From Scenedesmus sp. PABB004 (Eukaryota): a stretch of 64,000 nt of DNA. Positions within the stretch are counted from its first letter, which is position 1. The number at the start of each line of letters is the position of its first letter. Positions 56,378 through 64,000 of the stretch are shown here, one piece after another. The DNA lies in the NCBI GenBank assembly GCA_014905635.1, contig CM026547.1:496001-560000 (forward strand), read 5' to 3'. A program made the translations under genes and the position numbers. The notes below the pieces were generated by a model. The model did not search any database and was not told where the DNA came from. It saw nothing but the letters and a program-made list of their open reading frames with translations.

Positions 56378-58165
56378 TCAGCTGGCGCCGTGGGGGCCGA
56401 GCCAGATGCTGCGCGAGAGCGAGTGCTGGCGGAGCGTGACGCCCGCCATCGTCAGCAGGCGCTGCGAGGCGACGTAGCTCGCCTCCAGGTCGGACGACGC
56501 GCCGACCGCAAACGACGCGCCGCCGCCCTTGGCCGCGCCCTGCTGCGCGCGCGCGCAGCGCTGGTCGGCGCCGCCGCCGCCCGCGTCTGCGGCCCCGCCC
56601 TCGCTGCCGCCGCCGCCGCCGCCGCCGCCGCTGCCGCCGCCGCCGCAGTGCGCGCAGCCGGGCGCGCCGCAGGCCGCCTCGGCCGCGTCGTCCGCCGCGC
56701 GCTCGGCCGCCGCCGTCGCCTCCATCGTGCCCGGCCGGCAGCCCGTCGGCTCCAGCTTCGCCTGCGCGCGCGCCGCGGCGCCGCGGAAACACACCCTCGG
56801 CCGGCGGCGCACAGCGCACAGCGCACAGCGCACAGCGTGGCGCCCCGCCCGCGCACACCGCGGCGCCCCGCCCGCGCCCGCCCGGCGCCGCCTCTGGCGG
56901 GCAACGCAGTCCCGCGCCCCGCCAGCCCCGCCCCCCCCCCCCCCCCCCCGCTCGCCTCGTGGTAGACCACCTCCCGTATGCCCGCCTGGATGAGCAGCTT
57001 GGCGCACTCGTTGCAGGGGAAGAGCGTGACGTACACGCGCTGCGGCGGCGCGGCAGGGTTTAGCGGCGCGCGAGCGAGGGCCAGGGTTTTAGGGCGTTGT
57101 TGGGCCAGGTTGTGTGGTTTAGGGCGGGGCCGACAGGCGCGCAGCGCGGCGGCGGCGGCGCGGGGCGTGCGTCACGCCGCATCGCGCGCGCACCGCGCCG
57201 TGCACGTGGGCCTGGTTCTTGTTGAGCAGCGCGTTGGCCTCCGCGTGCACCACCTGCGGCCGCGCGGCGCGCGCGCGCCTCGGCCCACCAGCAAACAACC
57301 CTGGGCCGGCCTGAACCCCGCCGCCGGCCTGAGCCCCCCAGCCTGGACCCCGCCCTGCCGGGCCCACACACGCGCGCGCGCGCGCGCGCCTCACGTATGG
57401 GTACTTGGTGTCTAGGATCGTGCCGCTGCGCGCGCGCTTGGCCCAGGGCAGGCGGCTGTCGGCGCAGCCGCGGGGGAAGCCGTTGTAGCCGATCGACAGG
57501 ATGATGTGCGCGTCGTCCACGATCACCGCGCCGACCTGCGCGCGGCGCGGCGTCAGTGATTTGCGCTCGTCACTTTGTTGTTCGGTCTGAAACGCCGCCG
57601 CCGAGGCGGCGCGCGGGGCCCGCCCGTCGCGCGAGGGGGTCAGGGCGTGAGGGCGCGGCGAGGGCGCGCCTGCTTGTTGGGGTCCTTGGAGCGCTGCGCG
57701 CTGAGGAAGGCGACCGCCATGAAGTAGTCGTCCCAGGTGAGGTGCCTGCGTGCGGTGTGTGTGTGTGTGTTGTGTGAATTGCGTGGGGCGTGGGTGCGTG
57801 GCGGGCGGGCCGGCGTCGGGCGCGGGCGGCGGCCGCGGCGGCGCGCACGTGTCGCGCGGCGCGGCGTCGTAGGGGTCGGGCCGCCGCGCCGCGTCGACGG
57901 GGCTGAACAGCGGCGGCGCCGACAGCGCGCCGCCGCCGCTGATGGCGGCCAGCGATGGCTCGGGCGTCGCCGCCGCGTCCGCGCGCGGCGGGCGGCCGCC
58001 GGCGGGCTGCTCGCGCGCCGGCGCCGGCGCGCCGCGCCGGCCCGCCAGGCGGACTGCCGCCAGCGTGAGCGCGCACGCCGCCGCCGCGCCGGCCGCGCCG
58101 GCCGCCGCCGCCAGCCAGGCGGGCGGCTGCGCGGCGGCGGCGGCGCTGCCGCCGGGTGGTGCCAT
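56378..58165 (-). CDS. DCTD: dCMP deaminase with an N-terminal hydrophobic extension
   Basis: [76 protein letters not shown]. Confidence 0.95.
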
Positions 58166-58572
58166 GCGTTCAAAACACGCGCGCGCGCCGCCGCTGCGCC
58201 TGGCTGTGCGGCGGGCGCTGCGGGCGCGGGCGCTGGCAGCGCTGTGGGTGGCCGGGGCAGGAGGGCGCGCGGGTGGGGCAGCGGGGCGCCTGCGGCGCCA
58301 GGCAGCGGCGGCGGGCGAAGGCAGCTGCGCGCGCGGCGCGCGCGTGTGTGTGCTGGCCGGCGGCGATGCTGGTGTGTGCGGGGATCTGGGGCTGATGGCG
58401 AGGTCTGCAGCGCTTACAGCTGCGCCGCCCGTTCTGCTGCCGCCGCCGCGTTTCTTGCCGCCACACGCCGCGCCGCCGCCGCGACAAGGCCCCCGCCGCC
58501 CCCCGCCCGGTGCACCACTCCCCCGTTCCACCGTACAGCCGGGACGCGCCCCGCGGCGCGCAGTCAGCCAGG

Positions 58573-61011
58573 ATGCGGGGCCCCAGCGTGCTGTATGTGG
58601 GCAACCTGCCCAATGACATCAAGGAGCGCGAGCTGCAGGAGCTGTTCGAGAAGGTGGGCCCGCCGGGTGCCCGCACGGCGGCGCGCCGGGCGCGGCGGGC
58701 CCGCAGGCGGCGCGCGGGGCGGCCATCACCGCGCGGGCCGCCCCGCCTCGCGCCCTCACGCGCCCGCAGTTTGGCACCATCCGCGCGATCGACATCAAGA
58801 TCCCCCCGCGCCCGCCTCCCTTTGCGTTCGTGGAGTTTGAGTCCCCCAGGTGCGCGCGGGCCGGGTTGGCGCGGGCGTCTGCTGCTCCCGCGCCGCCCCC
58901 GCCCGCCGGCACCGGCGCCGGCCCCGGGGCGCCGCCTCACGCGCCCGTCCCGCGCCCGTGCCGCCCCAGGGACGCCGAGGACGCCGCGGCGGCGCGCGAC
59001 GGCTACGATTTCTACGGCACGACGCTGCGCGTGGAGATTGCGCGCGGCGGCAACGCCGCGCGCGGCGGCCCGCCCGCCGGCTTCATGGGCGGCGGCGGCC
59101 CGGGCCGCGGCGGCCCCCGATGATGGGCGGGGGCGCGCCGCGCCGCGGCGGCGGCTCCGCGTTCCGCGTGCTCGTGCGCGGCCTGCCGCCGTCGGCGAGC
59201 TGGCAGGACCTCAAGGCGCGCGCGCGCGGCGCGCGGCGCGCGGCGCTGCGGCGGCGGCGCCCGGGCGCGCCCCCCGCCCAGCGCGCGCGGCCCCCGCCCC
59301 CGCCCCCGCCCGCGCGCGCGGACTTGCAGGACTTTTTCCGGCAGGTCGTGAAGCCGTCGTTCACCGAGGTCACGCGCGACCGCGGCGAGGCGGTCGGCGT
59401 CGCCGAGTTTGAGACCGCCGACGACATGGACTACGCCATCCGCAAGCTCAACGACACGGAGTTCAAGAACCCCTTTGAGAAGGCCTTCGTCCGCATCGTC
59501 GAGGTGCGCGCCGGCGCCGGCGGCGGCGCGGCGCGGCGCGGGGCAAGCGCCCGGCGGGGAGGGCCGGCCCGCCGACGCCCGCCCGCCCGCCCGGTTGCAG
59601 GACACGGGGCCCCGCGGCGGCGGCGGCGGCGGCTATGGCGGCGGCGGCGGCTACGGCGGCGGCGGCGGCGGCTACGGCGGCGGCGGCGGCGGCTACGGAG
59701 GTGCGGGATACGGCGGCGGCGGCGGCGGCTACGGCGGTGGCTATGGCGGCGGCGGCTATGGCGGCGGCGGCTATGGTGGGTCCCACCCCAGCACAGCAGC
59801 CTGCTCAGGCAGCCGCTCAGCGCAGGCAGCCGCCCAGCTCGGGCAGCCGCCCGGCAGGCCGCGCGGGCCGCAGCCGCGTGCGCCTGCACCGCATCGCCGC
59901 CGCGCGCGCTGGCTTCCTGCCTGGCGCGTCGCCCGCCGCTCAGCATGCTGCCTGCTGCCGTGCAGGTGGGGGCGGCGGCGGCTATGTCAGCCGCCGGGAC
60001 GACTACGGCCGCGGCCCCCCTGGCGGCGGCGACTACGGCCGCGGCGGCGGCGACTACGGCCGCGGCGGCGGCGGCCCCGGCGGCGACTACGGCCGCGGCG
60101 GCCGCGACAGCGGCCGGGACGGCGGTCGGGACGGTGGCCGCGACGCCGAGCGCGCGCGCGGGCGCAGCCCGAGCCGGAGCCGCAGCAGGAGCCGGTCGCG
60201 CAGCCGGAGCAGGTGCGCCGGGCGGGCGGGCGGGATGGTGCGGCGGGCCGGGTGCGAGGCGGTGAAGCAGCGAGTCATCATCGGGCAGGGGGGCGGCAGC
60301 GCGGGCGACAGCGCCCGCGCCGCCGCCTGCCGCGGCACGCGCCGCTTGAGCACGCGCCGCCCTCGCCCGCACGCCTGTCCAGCCGGCGCGGCGGCCGGCG
60401 CGGCGGCGGCGGCGACCACCGCCCGCCAGCTGGGTGGGCGCGGGCGGCTGGCGGGAGCGTGGGAGCGCGGCAGCGCGGCGCCCGGCCATGTGGCGGCTTG
60501 GGAGCCGGACTGGCGTCGTGCTTGCTGGGGCTGGAGCGGCGCTGTGGGCGCGCTGGCACTGGCGCTCGCTGGCACTGGCGCTCATTTGGTCATGCACGGG
60601 CTGGCGGGCGCGGCGGCAGCTGGCGCTCCCTGCAGGCGGCCGCGTCGCTCGGAGCGCTTCCCCGGCCCCGCCGCCGCCCCGCACGCATTGAATCGCCGCG
60701 TTGACTGCCTGCGTGCTGCCCTGGCGTGCCGCCCGTTTTGCGCCGCCCCGCCGCCCACACTGCACGACGGGGGAGCGCCGCCGTCAGGGCGGGGGCGTGT
60801 GCACGCATGGGCGCGCCGCCAGCCTCGGCGCACGCTGACGCTGCCGCGCTGCCCGCCGCGCGCCCCGCTGCGCCCCGCGCCCCGCAGGTCCCGCAGCAAG
60901 TCGCCCGGGGCGCGCCCGGGCAGCCCCGGCGGCGCGGCGCCCGTCGCGCCGCGCGAGCGCTCGGCCTCGCGCAGCCGCAGCCGCTCCAGGTCCCGCTCCA
61001 AGTCCAAGTGA
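58573..61011 (+). CDS. SR splicing factor of the SRSF1/ASF (plant SR30/SR34) subfamily
   Basis: RRM1 LYVGNLP...FAFVEF, pseudo-RRM with LPPSASWQDLKDF, GY/RGG repeats, RS domain. Frameshift near 59117. Confidence 0.93.
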
Positions 61012-61066
61012 TGCCGCACCGGCGGCGTGCGGGTCCGGGGGCGCGCGAGTGGTCGGGGCGGGGCGT

Positions 61067-61071
61067 TGTAA
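61067..61071 (+). promoter_or_regulatory. TGTAA poly(A) signal of the SR gene
   Basis: TGTAA 56 nt after the stop codon. Confidence 0.5.
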
Positions 61072-61417
61072 CGGCGGCGACGACCGCAGAGCGGTGGCTG
61101 CGCAAGCGCCCAGGCCTCGCCAGGAGAGCCCCGCAGCAGCAGGCACACGACCCAGCAGCAGCAGGAACCCGCGGCAGCGAGCTGCTGCAGCTCGCCGCAG
61201 CCGCTCGCGCCCGGCCGGCCGCGCTTGCTGCACCGCTGCCGCCGAACCGCGCCTGACGCGGCATGGCGCCGTGATCGCTGAGCTGGAGCGGGCGGCATGG
61301 CGGGTGCGGCATCGGCGGCGGCGGGGCCCCGGGCTGGCAGCGGCTTTTGAACGGCGCCGCGCGCGCGCGCGCGCGGGTTCGCCGCCACGCCACGCCCCGG
61401 ATGCGGGCACCACCACT

Positions 61418-63822
61418 ATGCCGCATCCCGCAGGCGAGTGCAGCAGCAGCATCGGCGACGGCAGCGACGGCGGCAGCACGGCGGCGGCGGGCGCGCCCGG
61501 CGCGCCGCTGCCGCAGGCTGCCGCCGCTGCGCTGGGCCGGCTGCTGCGCGCCCTGGGCGACGACGGCAGCGAACCGGAGCTGCAGGCCGCCGCGGCGCAC
61601 GCGCTAGGGCGGGCGGTGGCGCGGGCCGGCCCCTCAGCGCGCGCAGCGCTCGCCGCCGCCGGCGTGGCCGATGCGCTCTCGGCCCGCCTGGGCTCGCCGG
61701 ACTGGCAGGTCGCAGCCCAGGCCGCGCTGGCGCTGGGCCGGCTTGCGCTGGGCAGCCGCGCGGTGGCGCGTCGGGCGCCGGCAGCGCGGCTCGTGGCGCT
61801 GGCAGCCGACGGCCCCACCGACGTCGCGGCCTGCTCTGCGCTCGCGCTGGCGTGCGTGGTGTCGAGCGCCGACGCGGCCCTGGCGGGCGAGGTGGCGGCG
61901 CTCGGCGGCGGGGGCGCCCTGGTCGGCCTGCTGTCGCGCGCGGAGCGCGAGCAGCACCCGGAGGCGGCCGGCCACGCCGCGCTCGCCGCGCTCGCGCACC
62001 TGGCCGCGTGCGGCGAGCCGGGGGTGGAGGCGGCACTCGTGGCGCCAGGTGGGCAGCGGGTGGCGGGGCTGGGGACCGCCGCCACGTCGGCGCGCGCGTG
62101 CTGAGCCCGCCCGCGCGCCGGGCCGCCGCAGGCACCGTAGCGGGCATGGTCGACCTGGCCTGCAGCTGCGGCCCTCACGGCGGCGGCGCCCCGCGCGGCG
62201 CGGCCGCCGCGCTGGTGCTGCTTGCCGAGCGCAGCGTCGAGTGCGCGGCGGCCGTGGCGGCGGCGCGCGGAGGCGCGTGGGCGCCGCGGCTGCTGGAGAG
62301 CGGCAGCGCGCAGGTGCGCCTGCACGCGTCCCTGGCGCTCGCGGCGCTGGCGGTGGAGCGGCCCGAGCTGGTGCCGGGGCTCGTGGCGGGCGGCGCGGTG
62401 GAGGGCCTGCTGCCGCTGCTGGGCGACGGCGAGCCCGCCTTGCAGGAGGGCGGCGCCGCCGCGCTGGCCAACATGGCAGCGGCGCACGCGGCCGCGCCCG
62501 CCGCGATCGTCGCCCGTGGCGGCGCCGCGCAGCTCGCGGCGCTGCTGCGACGCGGCGCGGCGGCGACGCGCGGCGGCCCGCCCGACGCTGCGGCGCTCGA
62601 GTGGGCGGCGTGCGCGGTCGCGCACGTTGCGCGGGGCGGCCAGCGCCTGCAGGCCGCGCTCTGTGCCGACGGCGTGCTGCTGCCCCTGATCGCGCTGCTG
62701 GGCCCGGCGCACGGCAGCGGTGTGCGCGCGGCCGCCGCGCACGCGCTTGGAAACGCCTGCGCCGGCAGCGCCCGCGCGGAGCCGGCGGTGCTGCGCGCCG
62801 GCGTGCCGGCGCTGCTTGCCCTGCTGGCGCCGGGCGCGGGCGTGGGGGCGCAGGCGGCGGCGGCGGCGGCGGCGGCGCTTGGCAACCTCGCGGCCGGCGA
62901 CCCGGACGCGCGCGCGGCGGTCGCCGCCACCGGCGCCCCGGCGCGGCTCGCCGCGCTGCTGGCCGACGCCGCCGCGCCGCCCACGGTGCGGGAGGGCGCT
63001 GCGTACGCGCTCGGCCACCTGGCCAAGGGGCAGCCGGGCGTGCAGGACGCGGTGCTCGGCGCGCGCGGCGCGGTGGCGGGCCTGGTCGGCCTGCTCGCGC
63101 CGGGCGGCGCGCCCGAGACGCAGCAGTCGGCGGCCTGCGCGCTGGCCAACCTGTCGGCCGACGCGCCGCGCGTGCAGGCGGCTGTCGCGCGCGCGGGCGG
63201 CGTGGGCGCGCTGCTGGCCCTGCTGTCGCCGCCGGCCGCCGACGGCGCCGTCCGCCGCGGCGCGGCGGCGGCGCTGTGGGAGCTGGTGCGGCACTGCCCG
63301 CAGACCACGCACGCGCTGGCCGCGGCCGGGGGCACGCGGCACCTGCTGGAGCAGCTCGAGGCGGCTGGCGGCCGCACCGCGCACGAGGCGCGCGAGTGGG
63401 CCGCCCACGCGTGTGCGGCGGCGCCGTGCGATGCGGTCGGCAGCAGCAGTAGCAGCAGCGGCAGCGGCAGGAGGTGTTTCGCGGCACGGCAGGGCAGCTG
63501 GCAGCTGGCCCGCAGCACCTCGCTGCCGGGCGCCGACGACTTGGCAGACGCGCCCGCGCCTGCGCGCACGGCGTCAGGCAGCCGCGACCAGGGCCCGCCG
63601 AGCCTCCCCGGCCCCGCCGGGGGCTGCGGCGCTGTCGGCTGGCTGCCCAAGCGTGAGCGCAGCGACGGCGTGGCACCGCCGCCGTGTCAGCCGGCGGGCG
63701 CTGGCAGCGAGCTAGACCCTGCCAGCAACGGCTGCAGCCGCTGCGGGAGCAGCTGTAGCGACGCGGGCGGCGGAGTTCGCTGCAGCTGGAGCTCTAGCAG
63801 CGCGAGCCTGGCGGAGGCGTGA
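61418..63822 (+). CDS. Armadillo-repeat protein (2 exons)
   Basis: About 42-aa repeats such as GAVEGLLPLL...LQEGGAAALANM, GVPALLALL...AAAALGNLA, GAVAGLVGLL...QQSAACALANLS. Intron ~62049-62131. Confidence 0.8.
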
Positions 63823-64000
63823 GCTGCGTGCCGGGGGGCGCCCGTGCTGCAAGTCGGCCGATCAGTCACAGTCTCACGCGCGCCGCACTTGCAGCGGCCC
63901 CGGGCGCTCGATCCCGCGTCCAATCCTCCACAGTGTACCAAGCCCAACAGAGCCCTTATCGCCGGCCCCCTCAGCCGCAGCAGCGTGCTCCGCTGCCGCT

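Noticed and set aside
57545..57600. Possible C/D snoRNA in a dCMP deaminase intron (short terminal stem, GTGACGA and CTGA on the sense strand)
   Set aside because: The sense-strand CTGAC sits at the expected branch-point distance, there is no box C next to the stem, and I recognised no antisense rRNA guide.
59110..59126. Stop-codon readthrough or selenocysteine at the TGA in the SR gene
   Set aside because: The downstream domain is in a different frame; one missing C explains it.

Overview
A very GC-rich (roughly 80% by eye), gene-dense, intron-rich eukaryotic region. It is most likely from a chlorophyte green alga, given TGTAA poly(A) signals, TTTAGGG-type repeats and plant-type gene families. 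About 18 spliced genes can be rebuilt by joining exons. In order: a large secreted DUF11/DUF7507-like repeat protein, a DnaJ-X/Ala-rich protein, a bZIP factor, MRD1/RBM19, FCF1, a small plastid-targeted protein, a two-RRM protein, METTL3/MTA, a GPI-anchored-type protein, PRP22/DHX8, a secreted cupin, an F-box+cyclin protein, an SDN exonuclease, NDUFA2, a divergent sugar porter, dCMP deaminase, an SRSF1/SR30-like factor and an ARM-repeat protein. Most long ORFs in the supplied track are off-frame GC artefacts. The most notable structure is non-coding: (1) a candidate intronic box C/D snoRNA in FCF1 whose guide matches the LSU rRNA A-loop (Um2921 in yeast numbering); (2) a pre-miRNA-like hairpin in a PRP22 intron; (3) very frequent GC-AG introns (about 10 of 27 in PRP22); (4) telomere-like repeats forming intronic stems or sitting at branch-point positions; (5) a ~560-bp inverted repeat pair enclosing the F-box-cyclin gene. 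Several conserved genes carry small frameshifts that are probably assembly errors. All gene models and family calls were made by eye with no database search.
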